In this document: piece after piece, positions 11,440 through 22,820 of the stretch
Layout of the letters: each line of letters begins with the position of its first letter
Position numbering within the stretch: position 1 is the first letter of the stretch
NCBI RefSeq assembly: GCF_022045235.1
Contig: NW_027266274.1
Location: 11,842,001-11,906,000, forward strand
DNA from: Haliotis cracherodii
Taxonomy: Eukaryota
Length of the DNA stretch: 64,000 nt
Reading direction: 5' to 3'
Translations under genes and position numbers: made by a program
The notes under the pieces: generated by a model
Databases searched by the model: none
Told to the model about the DNA's origin: nothing
The model's input: only the letters and a program-made list of their open reading frames with translations

Positions 11440-11842
11440 TACCAAATGACGTTAAAAGATGGTACTTGTTGTTACCCTGTCTGGCATAAAATAGCTAAAA
11501 CAAGGACTGGTCGGCTCTGAGTCAGTAAACTGTGTTCATGTTAAACTGCGGCAAGGTATCCCAGTGTGCCAGCATTATAAATCGGCATCAGTCCGTACTA
11601 GTACAAGCAGCCACACACACACCGGCATGCACGTCGCTATATAAGTGCAATAATCTTGGACGCGACGTTAAACCCAATTTCACCTCACCTCACCTCTTAA
11701 TGAAGTGCTAGCATCTATACCGACGTATGTATCTATGCCACGTATGTACTAATACAAGCAGCCACACACACACATGCATGCACGTCGCTTTATTAATGCA
11801 ATGATCTTAAACGAGATGTTAAACCGCATCAAACCTCACCTT
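11440..11842 (+). mobile_element. 5'-truncated SINE, family 1, with a second copy of its 3' end
   Basis: It is a reverse-complement homologue of 104-440 ending in TTTCACCTCACCTCACCTC at about 11697. TACAAGCAGCCACACACAC...GCACGTCGCT...GTTAAACC recurs at 11745-11842. Confidence 0.75.
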
Positions 11843-11957
11843 AACTTATGATGAATATCTGTAATTTTGTAATTCGACCAATCTGACTTTTCTTTCCGTA
11901 GTTCAGACATTTTAGGACAAGTGCATGTATTCCAGTTGACACGCTGATATCAGACCA

Positions 11958-12125
11958 CTGGTGCAGAGGGCCCAGTCGCCTAAGGCGATGCAGTTTGCCG
12001 TGCAGAGTTGAGTTCCATAGCTTCAGAGATCACGTCTCGCTCGATAATGATCGTTTGTCTGAATCAACATATCCGTGCTCGTTGATTTCAGAGTGGTACA
12101 AACCTACATCCTGCATCACTTTGGC
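11958..12125 (+). mobile_element. Diverged family 2 SINE remnant
   Basis: It contains GGCCCAGTCGCCTAAGGCG...GTGCAGAGTTG...CCGTGCTCGT...CCTGCATCACTTTGG. Confidence 0.55.
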
Positions 12126-15015
12126 ACATGGACGAAGCCTAATGCACATAACACATGCTTTCATCTTTCACCATTCTAAACATTCTCCACAGGTGCTATG
12201 AAGTCATCGTTCGAGTCGAAAATGGTTCCGACTAGATCTTGCTTCATTCTTGGAATAGATGAAAGGGTAAGGAGAATACGGTTGGTGCTGAAGAATGTCA
12301 CAGACACACTCGTGGATTCTGGCAATGGGAAGGACACTTGACAGTTACACAAGCACGGCGCATTTTATATAAACGTTACTGTTAACATTTAATCCGTGTT
12401 GCCAGTGCTGTTTTTCGAAGCTTTGAATTATGGAAATGATAACATATTTTCTACACAGAACGTTCTTATTTCCATAGAAATCGAGACAAAGCGAATTTAA
12501 ATAATAATATATAAAAGGATATATGCAATTTGAATTTGGGATCTTATACATTAAAGATATATTTCGGATCAATGTAAAAACATTTTGTATTACTCTTTGT
12601 AAAATAAATTTGCATTATAAACATATTCAATTTATAATGTATTTGACTGAATTTAAATTGCGCATAGGAGACTGATTTTTTCAATTTTCAGTAAATCCCG
12701 TTGTGCGAGTTACGGAATACAAGCCCCGGAATTGAATAAATCATCTTTATTCCTACTTGATCTTGGGCGAAGACATTTTGAAACGTCACTGGTAGTCGAA
12801 ATGTAAGCATACGTGTCATAAAAGTGTGTTTTACACTTTGCATTAAATGAATAAAACATATCTTTGTCCATAGAAAAATTGTATTTTCATTTCAATTCAG
12901 AAGAAAAACAAACATTCAGCCTCTCGGGGAGACACGATTCTACCTAACATTCCTCTTGTATGGTTTTCATTCGTAGAAGTATACGAACATTAGGTAACGT
13001 CTACAAGTAGTGATTTTGTTGTTTACATGGCGCACAAAATTTATGACTGGAACGAAAAAGGATAGAAATATTTATATATTTGAATTTATTTCTGGCAAGT
13101 CACGAGTTATGTTTTTCCCCAGAAGTCCTCAACATGATCTTCCTGCTCAGAACATCCGGTTGTATTCTTTATTTAATGACTTTGGATTAATTTAGGCAGG
13201 GTTTTGTGCCGCTTTAACAATATTACAGCAATATCAAGGCTTTGGACACCGATATTTCATACTTGTCCCATCAAGGACTCGAATCTGTTTTGACAAGTGA
13301 CCGCATTAACCAGTAGGCAAAGACACCGCCATGGTCGTATCCAGGTGCTTGTGTTTCATGATGGAACTCTGTACTGAACCGTTCCAAGGTACTCGGCTGA
13401 CATTCACGTTGAACTTTATAGACTCTTTGGCTGAATACTTGCAACCTCATTAAACAGATGATTTACTGCTGTATGTCGCCAGCAACCAGAAATGAGGCAG
13501 CAAATTTTGAAACACTATTAGGAATCCCAGGGCATGTTCTTATGAACCGTCGTAATTTATTGGTTGATCAATTCCTGTACCACTCGAGTTGTGTCGAGGA
13601 TTGCCCCATTATATTTCAGGTTAGCACTTAAAACATTACGTTGTGCATGACCGTTTTCCAAAAGTCAATGTTCAAATGTTCTCAAAATAGTGACCATTTT
13701 CAGTTGAAGTGAACTTCTGATCAGTGCAACCGATAAGGCTGTGATATTGCCGTCGGGCCGACTCTAATGACTTCACTGGGCCTCATACAACTATTTGTCT
13801 TTTAATTTTAAAGATCGTTTCAGAATCCGTTAAATGTTAAGAGTATAGGTATTCATTTACTCGCGTAAAACTGGACGTCAAAAGAAAATAGGAAAAGATG
13901 ATTACAATCTTAGCTGTCGGTTCTATAAAGTTCCATTAAAAGACATTCATAAATCCTTATGTAATATCTTATCCCGACTTAATAGCAGGTTAAGATTTTG
14001 AATAATTATTTGACTGCTTGTTCTTTTCATAAGAACAATATATATTCTTGATATATTGAGAACTATGACTTTGAAACAGTCTAACAGTTGTTGCTGACTT
14101 TTGTTCTGAAATAAAACAAGAAAACGTTACCCAAATTATTCAAGGACATGGCCGCTTGAATACAACTTGATTTCAAGCCAATATGTAAAGTGTTGCAAGT
14201 TTTCTTAATTATCGAAGAAACGAGGATAATAATTGGCACGTGTTTTTTCACCCGATTTACATTAACAGCTGGCCAACCTCCTTACATGGTTTCCGAGAGA
14301 CACTCGAGAGAGTCGGTTCGGTGTGTTTCAATCATATATAGCAATTTCTGGAACATCCATGGATCAATTACGGTATAAACCACCCTCGACCATACAGGGG
14401 GCTTCGTAATGATGTCAAATTAGTACATCCTTACTGTTGTTGGCATGAATGGAACCTGTGGTGTGTTATAATCAGGTGAAATCATGTAGAACAAATAACA
14501 ACGATCATTGTTCTTGTGCTAGAAATAGCACAACTCTCTACCCAAATAAGCCCTGAAAAGGACTTTTTATTAATTCATTTGATAATCATTGATTGTACGG
14601 CACATATATTCAATATCGACTGAGCAATGCAAAAAATACATGTTTCTTCAAGTTCAATAAGACCCTCAGTTGAGTAAGTTATTCAATCTGTCTTCATTTG
14701 GAACGTCGACCTTTGTAAACAGTTTAAAAAAGGATATGTGGACTGTTTTATCCAGGTTTTTTCATTAAACATAATTATTATTTCATCAAAGTCAGTGTCT
14801 AATAATGATACTTGTTCGCGTCTGTGCGAGTGTGGGTGATGCGCGAGTGTTCTTTTGATGCAAGTTTATTATACCGGCATTGAAATATATCGCAGCATTT
14901 TATTCATATTTTCGGAAGATCTTCAATGCACTTTCCTTCACAAATCCGCGAATACCGTAAAACACAGAAGTTAAACATCAATGTCATTAAGGCAATGCAA
15001 CTCTTACAAGTCGTG

Positions 15016-15290
15016 TACGGGTTGTTCAGTCGTCTAAGGCGCCGCGATTCGCTGTGCAGAGTTGCGTCCCTTGGGCACGCTAGAAACCTATAATTATGGG
15101 TTCGAATCCCGGTTGGCCCCAATTATGTTCGAGGTTTGTTTGCCCCATACGCGTGCTCGTGGGTTTCACCGAAGTGGTAAACGTCTGAGACCTGCATCAC
15201 TTCGGGCTTTCCTCCTACATTAAGCTGACACGGCGTGATATAACTGGAATAGTGTTAAAGTGGCGTTAAAGCCAACTCACTCACTCACTC
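15016..15290 (+). mobile_element. Family 2 SINE at the left boundary of the array
   Basis: It is uninterrupted here. Its diagnostic variants (TATAATTATGGG, GGTTGGCCCC, CATACGCGTGC) recur at the starts of units 2-5, where it carries a DIRS insertion. Confidence 0.85.
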
Positions 15291-16629
15291 GTGCAATCAT
15301 CCGATGATCGTTTATCGATTACTAGTTTCACCCTGAATATAATTCTTGGTTTGTCAGCAATATTTTATCTGTCTAGAACCTGCATCACTTCGGGCTTTTC
15401 TCCCCCAAATTAAGCTGACACGCCTTGATATACCTCAAATACTGTTCTTGAGGCGTTAAAGCACACTCGTACTCTCTCATTAGCATTTCGTTATATTTAT
15501 CTTTGTCATTGTGTCTAGTTTGTTCGCGTATTGGATTATGTGCACCATGTACAATCATATGGCTCGATTCGCGATGGCAGTCATTCCTGATGACATTTCA
15601 TTACCTTTTAGCCTAAAATATCTGTCCATATCAAAGGGATTGAACTGTTTCTTAGATCATCGCAATTAGCACACCACATTCATCCTTTCGATTCTGTGTG
15701 AGTTCCAAAACAAATCTTGTAAATCAACTAACATTATGCCTCCACAGAAAAATTCATCTGTCACAAAGACGAACGTGTTTGATTGTCTGTTTAGGCAGAT
15801 AATTGACACTGGTTACTCTCTGGCGCTGACTTTTTCTATTTACATTATAGCACAAAACTGGGGAACCGTCTCCAGTCACCTGTATTATGGCATCACATAA
15901 ATGATCCAGTCCGACCCAGGAAATCGACAGGTTGTCACCACGACCAACGATCCAAGCCATGAGGATACCACGACACATAGGGGCAGATCATTCACTGTAA
16001 CTATCAGATCATCATTAGTCGGATCTTACCACAATCATAGCCTACAGGGAACCTAATCAACACTGGAATCCTCACGCGAAACAAGCTTAGAGAGCTCGGG
16101 ACCAATTTAGCCCTGGAATCCCCACGTGAGAAAAGCGGGGGATACTGAGTAACATTCAGCCCTGGAATCTTCACGTGGCAGTGCGGCTATCCTTTGGAGA
16201 GGCATTGTAAATGACACAACATGTTTAACTATCCTAATGCCATTCCAATTGATTACGTTTTTGAAATGCTTCAACAAAATATCACTTAGTCCTGCTGTTA
16301 GAGTGGTTTGTAAAATATGTTGACAATGTGTCTTGTCTCATTTTCATGCAAACCATCCCTGGACTTAAGAGTTTGACATGAGTGATAAATGTGCACGACT
16401 CCCATCACTTTGGGTTTCCATTCTGAAGTGCTGGATTAAGCGGCGTTATCCTATACACACTCAAGCGCCCAACACAATACAATCCAATGCAATCCAAAAA
16501 CAGACAATCGCCATATGAAAGGAAGTATTTTAAAATCTCAGAGTTGTTGTTTATCGCTTAACAAGGTTCTTTCAGAGATAGGCCAGTGAATATTTTCTTC
16601 CATTATGTAATCGTTAAGTTGAATAGTGA

Positions 16630-17120
16630 TCATACAAGGTGTTCGCGAGAAGGTGAGAGTATCCTGCTACACCTGAGGCACCCGTCACAAATACACGCAA
16701 AGGTAAGTTTATTTTCACCTGAAAGAAAAAAACCACGAGAACATATTGTACAATTAAAAGTAGGGAATTGCACTGGATATCATTTCTGTCACTGATGCGT
16801 CAAATTTGGAAATTCCCCCACGTGTCTGCCATAAAAAATGGAAGCTTTACTCAGGTCTTGAATGTTGTCAGCTTGATTAAACGACTTCTGATAGAGTTGT
16901 ATGACGCTTTAAGAAATGCAATCGGATTGTAATATTTATAACATTCACTGGGTGTGTTTTATGTTGTTTCCTTGCATGACAATACAGCAATCCAATCAAG
17001 AGCCATCTGAAGAAAATGTACATATACACAATATAAAGAATGGGTTTCCCAATACACGGTGAACCAATAAACAATCAACAGTTCAGGTGGTCATGGCGCT
17101 TTCCCTGGTTTATGTCCCCA
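16630..17120 (-). mobile_element. Penelope-like (Naiad-type) 3' end remnant, internally duplicated in units 2-5
   Basis: The minus strand encodes FYGRHVGGISKFDASVTEMISSAIPYF and carries GTGACGGGTGCCTCAGGTGTAGCAGGATACTCTCACCTT, which matches the 3' motif near 9830-9870. Units 2-5 have two copies (about 24170-24660 and 24660-25085 in unit 2). Confidence 0.65.
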
Positions 17121-18304
17121 AGGAGGTCAGTAGGTAACTGGAAACATGTACAATGGTGTTAACAAGTCTATTTCAGGAATGCCGCTCAAGTAAAATGTAT
17201 GTGTGAAAAGAATGCTATTCACATTTTAGTGCAAGTATTGTGACTGAAGCGTGATACTTGAGTGCACCATGTCAGGATCCAGACGAATAGACTGCTGTTT
17301 TATTTCCCTAGTTCATATCAACGCGCCTGCTGATGAAAGCTTCTATGGTTCTTAGTATTAGGTACAATTTATCACGTCCACTTCACGGCCCAAGTGCATT
17401 TTGATATAGACCAATGTCTTCTGCATCAGAGTTTAAATTACGAGTGTTATATCGTTGTCCTTTCTGGATCAGGGGATATGTAGACGTCTTTATTCACTCC
17501 ATGTATGAGATCATCCAAGTAACCAACTGGGCAAGGGGTCCAGCAGCAGCTAATATCACTAAATATACCAATAAAGAAGAATACTCTTTACAAATACATC
17601 AGTTAAATGGGATTGATATTGCAACAGGTTCTCACACAAATGCAATCAATACAACATTGATTAAATGTGTGAGAGAGAGATCCACACATTGTCAATTGTT
17701 ATAACAGATAATCAGAGAACGTGTACATGTGCGATTTTTAGAGCAGGCTGTGATTTAATCAAAAGATCGGAAACGTTGGTGATGCTTATACTCTGTGTGC
17801 TCTTTTCATGTGGAAACAAACTGACACCACTCAATCTTACAGCAGCAAATCCATATGCACAAAGTCAACATTATCATGAACGTACAGTGATGAAAACGGT
17901 GTCTAGACCCAGCAGTTGCCCCTGCCGTTGGTGAAACCTTGGTGAGAAAAAACTGGAGTGAGTAATGATTGCTTAAAGCCGCATCTGTCATTTTTTGCAG
18001 CTAATCTTGCAGAGGGGAGACTCGTGGTTCAAATCCGGGAAAAACGTGGGAACTTAAAGCGACTACACCCACTGCCAACGCGAGGCGGAGGATGTTTTTA
18101 TCAGGACGTGCCTTCTGTTGACTGGGTTAAATGTGGCATAAAAATGACAAAGAGAGATCCACACATTGTCAATTGTTATCACAGATAATCGGAGAACGTG
18201 TACATGTGCGATGTTTCGAGCAGGCAAGATCGGAAACGTTAGTGATGCTTATACTCTGTGTCCTCTTGTCATGTGAAAACAAATTGACACCATTCAATCT
18301 TACA

Positions 18305-18600
18305 GCAGCGTATCTTGTACCACCGTCAAATTTGGAAATGTCCCCCACACGTCTGTTATAAAACTTTTTGAAAGCATTACCGAGGCATTGAATATTGTAA
18401 CCATGATCAAACAACTTCTGAGCAAGAGTCGTATGAAACTCGTTGAATTCTTCGTTGAAAGAACAGGCTCGATTATACCGCAACAGTTATGCAATGTAGA
18501 CACCAAATGCAGGAGCTGCCAAAGATTTTTTTTCCATATACCATAGGTATACAATGGTTGACATAACTGGTGGCTATCAAGCTGAATTGAAAACACAAAT
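18305..18600 (-). mobile_element. Penelope-like (Naiad-type) RT thumb fragment, present in units 1-4
   Basis: It encodes APAFGVYIA*LLRYNRACSFNEEFNEFHTTLAQKLFDHGYNIQCLGNAFKKFYNRR, matching the PAYGVYISQLIRYARACS...KLL.QGY....L...F.KFY pattern. Confidence 0.75.
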
Positions 18601-19119
18601 GCCATTTAACCTTTGTCTGAGAAACAAGTAGATACAATTACACTGTCTAATATGTATTGGGTTGTCTGACCAAATTCCATATATTGTCTTTAGAACATCC
18701 ATGTAAGTGCTATGACGCCACGAGACCTTATGAAGCAACACAACCCACAGCGCTGTTAAACAGCATTACAATTATCTTGTCAGTGTGGGCAGCTGGGTAG
18801 TAGTTAAGTGCTCGCCCATCACTTCTGGAACTCGGGTTCGATTCCCTGCATAGTTAAAGTCACGTTTTCCCCCTGTCATTTTAATGTGAAAATTTGCTTA
18901 CGCCATTATCTAAACAGAGGTTGTTTTTCAAGATTTTACCACATCCTTGGGTACACGGTTGACCCAGTCGTTTAGTTCAGAGTTGCATCCTTTAGTTGTG
19001 TCAGAATCCTATAACATTACATCGTAAACCAGATTGTTCCTAATTTTGATTGTTGTTGTGTAATAATCAAACCATGCTTGTGGGTTATACCAAAGTGGTT
19101 ATTGTCTAATGAGATAGGT

Positions 19120-19960
19120 TATACTGCAAGCTTACCTCCAGATCCAGTTGGTAGGCATTTATGTAACCTAAACAGTGTTACAGTAATTCTGCTGCACGGA
19201 AACACTCCCTCACCAAACCCTATGCATCTTTTCCATGATGTCCATTCCATGTCATAACTTTGCCGCAGTGTAAACTGCTTGAGTGTACCGCTAGAGACAC
19301 ACATCGATTTATGCACTAGAGTCGCCCACCTATTACACCAGAAATACGAATACCAGCAGAGACCAAACAAGAAACCTCGCAATGTCGTTATCAAGTGATC
19401 ATGCACAGCGAGAGTTAGCAGCTCGTCAGGAACATGTGATTTTCTTAGTGTTCCTACTTGGTGTATGTACTTTTCTGTCAAGAATGTGTTCTTATATGAG
19501 AACTGATTTAGTCTACTTATTACCAAAATTAGCTGCAAATGTCTGTCTGAAATGTTCTCTCTTATGAGAACATATAGTACTCACAAAAGAAAATATTCCA
19601 AAATCATCATTACTCATAACGGGAAAAGAAAGTATCCTATGATTATCAATCCCGTTATGTTTATTGAGACAACTTACCAATACAAAATAACAGATCACTT
19701 GCTTGTCACGTCATAATCACCTCACCGTGAGACCTTCGGCGGATACTGTGTAGATCCATACAAGTATGTCATCAGCTGATGTAACTTGTCAACTCGTAGT
19801 GAGGAATTCGTTACTTGTGTCAGTAGCGTGGTGTCTTCGATTCAGTTAGCTGGAGGTGTTTAGTAAGAAGAAGCTGCGAGGGTCCAGTCCAAGGTCTTGA
19901 GTGACCCCAATTTTCCATCGGTCGAAGCCTTCAAATGTGAAGAATATTTGCAAATGTGGA
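19120..19960 (-). pseudogene. Heavily decayed I-group LINE ORF2 (linker to RT), probably continuing at about 17200-17340
   Basis: Degenerate motifs appear in collinear order across frames: RWKIG..DW, GIDNH, FLTSC, LVWSL and SYD..W..DIMEKMHR. At about 17230-17270 there is SVTILALK.NSI (compare GVPQGSILSVTLFALKINSI). Confidence 0.45.
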
Positions 19961-20607
19961 CATCGTTGGATTGCAATTGATCCCTGGTGTTGTTTCAATA
20001 TATCATATGATTTAATTTACTTTTGGGGAAGTTCAAGTTAGAATGGTTGAAACATTACGATTATTTGTCCATAGGGTTCTGTGCCAGGGTGTGCTGATCA
20101 CTATTTAGAATCACAATTAGACACAACATATATTGCATGGAGCATAAACATTGACTAATGTATGGTGAGGCTAAAATGGTACCAGCAGTCACCTGTGTTA
20201 ATCGATAGATTCAGTGACTTGCTTGGTTGCGCGTCAAGGATCCACGACAGCTTTTTGACAACATCGATGACAGATTTGTCTACGCTCGTCCACGTGTTGT
20301 ATGTATATTTTTTGCTTTGTCCCATTGTCGATATTATGTTGCTTTTGAAACACTTTGAGGTTGTTGTGATGGCAAAGATGTCATGGCAAAGAGGTCATGA
20401 TATATCACAAGATCACCATACCCATATCATCTCTATAATGAAAGCGTAAAAAATATGTCCACTAAATCTCTGTCCATTGTACGATTCCGACTACACCATG
20501 AACATCAAATAGTGATGATATCAGGTGTACCGCTAAAAGGTGAGCTTATCCAGCCATATCCAGTGGCATCCATGACAAAGGCATGTAAAGGCAAGCCAAT
20601 TGTTAAC

Positions 20608-20807
20608 CTGAAAAAACACGTTGATAAGACATGTGAAAATGGTATTTGAGATTAGCGTCTCATAGAACAGTATTAAGCGTAGTCTGCCTCACAGTCCCTA
20701 AACCATATTGTTTCCCTTCTGCTCAGCCCTTTCTGTAATGGAAATGCCTTAAATGAAGCAAGTCTTTTTGTTTTGGTTCAGTCTCTGTTATCTGCAAGAA
20801 AACTAAC
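20608..20807 (-). other. Candidate 200-nt spliceosomal intron in the non-TE part of the unit (possible non-coding transcript)
   Basis: The minus strand has a donor GG|GTTAGT at 20808/20807 and an acceptor TGTTTTTTCAG|G at 20608/20607. The upstream candidate exon (20808-20907) is closed in all three frames. Confidence 0.3.
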
Positions 20808-21937
20808 CCATGATCACTTCAGGGTTCGGAGTTCAGGGTAAACATATCAAACTGCCACGACAGGCTGGACCAACATCTTCACCAATGGTCAGGAATCGTC
20901 TCTGTACCTGTCAATGCTTAATTAGCAGGAACAGAGTGAAACAAGAAGCTGGTGAGGCTCGGACCAGGTCCTGCAGTATGTGTGTGAAATATGTAAGAGA
21001 CTCTTTGAACGCAGTCTAAAACGTTCGATAGGCAAGTCTAGCTATACCTATCTAGAAGTTACTCCATGGAGAAAGGCTTCTTATTAAATATATTTAGTTA
21101 ATATTAGTATATCTATCTTCAATGACTAAGCGTTAGTCCAAAATGAGCGTTGAGCAGTGATCACATCTTATAACTTTCAAAGCTCTTTGACGCTTCCTTT
21201 TACATTTTTGAGAACACTGCGACATACATTGACCTGACGTTCAAAGTCGACAACGTGTGGTCTCAAATTTACTTTAGAATTCCACTCGATAACTTAAGAA
21301 TAAGCTACTCGAAACTTGTAATAAAGTTTTAATGGTCCCTAGTGGGGAAACGCAGTTCTCCGCCTTACACTAAGTCTATTTATTCAGAACTCATCCATCG
21401 TTGTTAGTTCTTTCTCAAATTGATTGCCAAGTATGACGTCCTTTGTCAAACAGTGCTGTCCGGTACAATCTACGTACACCCTGGGAATGTTTTATATTCC
21501 AAGTGATGGATGTGCACAAGTATGTCTACACCATGGGTGTCTGGGGCAGAATGACCCTGCTTTTACAACACACCTGCTTCCCGTGAGTTTGTTAAGTGCT
21601 TAGATAGCCGAGCATTAGGTCAACCCAAACAAACGGGAATGAAAGTACGAGAGGGGTTTAAATCTTCTTCAAAAAGCTAATAAATAAATTGTAATTGATT
21701 ACATGGCATTTGGTGTCTAATTATACAATTTTTGGGGCAGGTGGGCGAGCTTGTATTATTATCAGTGTGTTGAACTGTCGCTGGTTTCAAATCGTCGTCT
21801 TTTGTGCAGATGATTGATAAGAAATCTGTGAAAGTTTTATGGTAGACCTTTCCGTTTATAACTATTGACTTCAATATATGTTTCTTCGTGTAAGGTGGCT
21901 AAAAAGTAAAAACGTTTTGGGGAAAAAATACTGCCAC

Positions 21938-22174
21938 ACCCGTGAAGATCTGGGGTAGAATAGGTCTTCAGCAACCCATGCTTGCTGTAAAAGGCGACTA
22001 ACGGGATCGGGTGGTCAGACTCGGCGACTTGGTTGGTGCATGTCATCGATCCCAATTGCGTGGATGAATGCTCATGATGTCAATCACTGGATTTTCTGGT
22101 CCAGGCTCTACTATTTACAGACCGCCGTCATATAGTTGAAATATTGCTGAGTGCGGCGTTAAACAACAAACAAC
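21938..22174 (+). mobile_element. SINE family 3 with a structured non-tRNA head and (AAAC)n tail; also at 29841, 37859 and 45889
   Basis: It reads ACCCGTGAAGATCTGGGGTAGAATAGGTCTTCAGCAACCCATGCTTG...GGCGACTAACGGGATCGGGTGGTCAG...GAAATATTGCTGAGTGCGGCGTTAAACAACAAAC, resembling an abundant abalone repeat. Confidence 0.8.
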
Positions 22175-22592
22175 ATTATGTTGATACTCAAATGACTGAA
22201 AACGAAACAGTTTTGCCTGAAAGGGGGATTATATCTGTCATTTAGAATGTCTATGGGAAAGAATAGCGCCCTGCTGACTTTTTGAGAATATACAACATGT
22301 GGTTTGAATGTTCCTTCTCCCTTGGATTATATATTAAGTATGTAGTATGATTCTGGTCTATATCTAATATTCGTCAGTTGTTCAGTTGTCTAAGGCGCCG
22401 CGATTCGCTGTGCAGAGTTGCGCCCATTGGGCACGCCAGAAACCTATAATTATGGGTTCGAGTCCCGGTTGGCCCCGATTATGTTCGAGGTTTGGTTGCA
22501 CCATACGCGTGCTCGTGGGTTTCACCGAAGTGGTAAACGTCTGAGACCTGTATCACCTCGGGCTTTCCTCCCACATTAAGCTGATACGCCTT

Positions 22593-22820
22593 GCACTCAC
22601 TCTTGTTGACAGGCCAAGGGAAATAACTGATGCCTGGAGCAAGCTATTTCAATCTGGGAATCTAAAAGCACACCCTCAGATCAAGAATCTGCGCCTTGCA
22701 GCTGTCATGGCGTCAAACGTGTCTGTGAGAACGGTGGCATCTCAACAGACGTTATCGAAGTTCTGTGGAACTCGTGGAAACCAAGTACCAGAAAGCTTAA
22801 TTCATATTGGGAAAGATGGT
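22593..22820 (+). mobile_element. DIRS fragment of about 230 bp (pol end / YR start) inside the SINE; also at about 30496, 38514 and 46544
   Basis: Overlapping frames give HPQIKNLRLAAV and GGISTDVIEVLWNSWKPSTRK..NSYWERW. The latter is homologous to GVSDRAASVILQSWRKSTRDQYSTYIKRW in the DIRS at about 58 kb. Confidence 0.7.

Noticed and set aside
17325-17350. CTGATGA as another hammerhead core in each unit
   Set aside because: No stem II, GAAA or stem III follows it.
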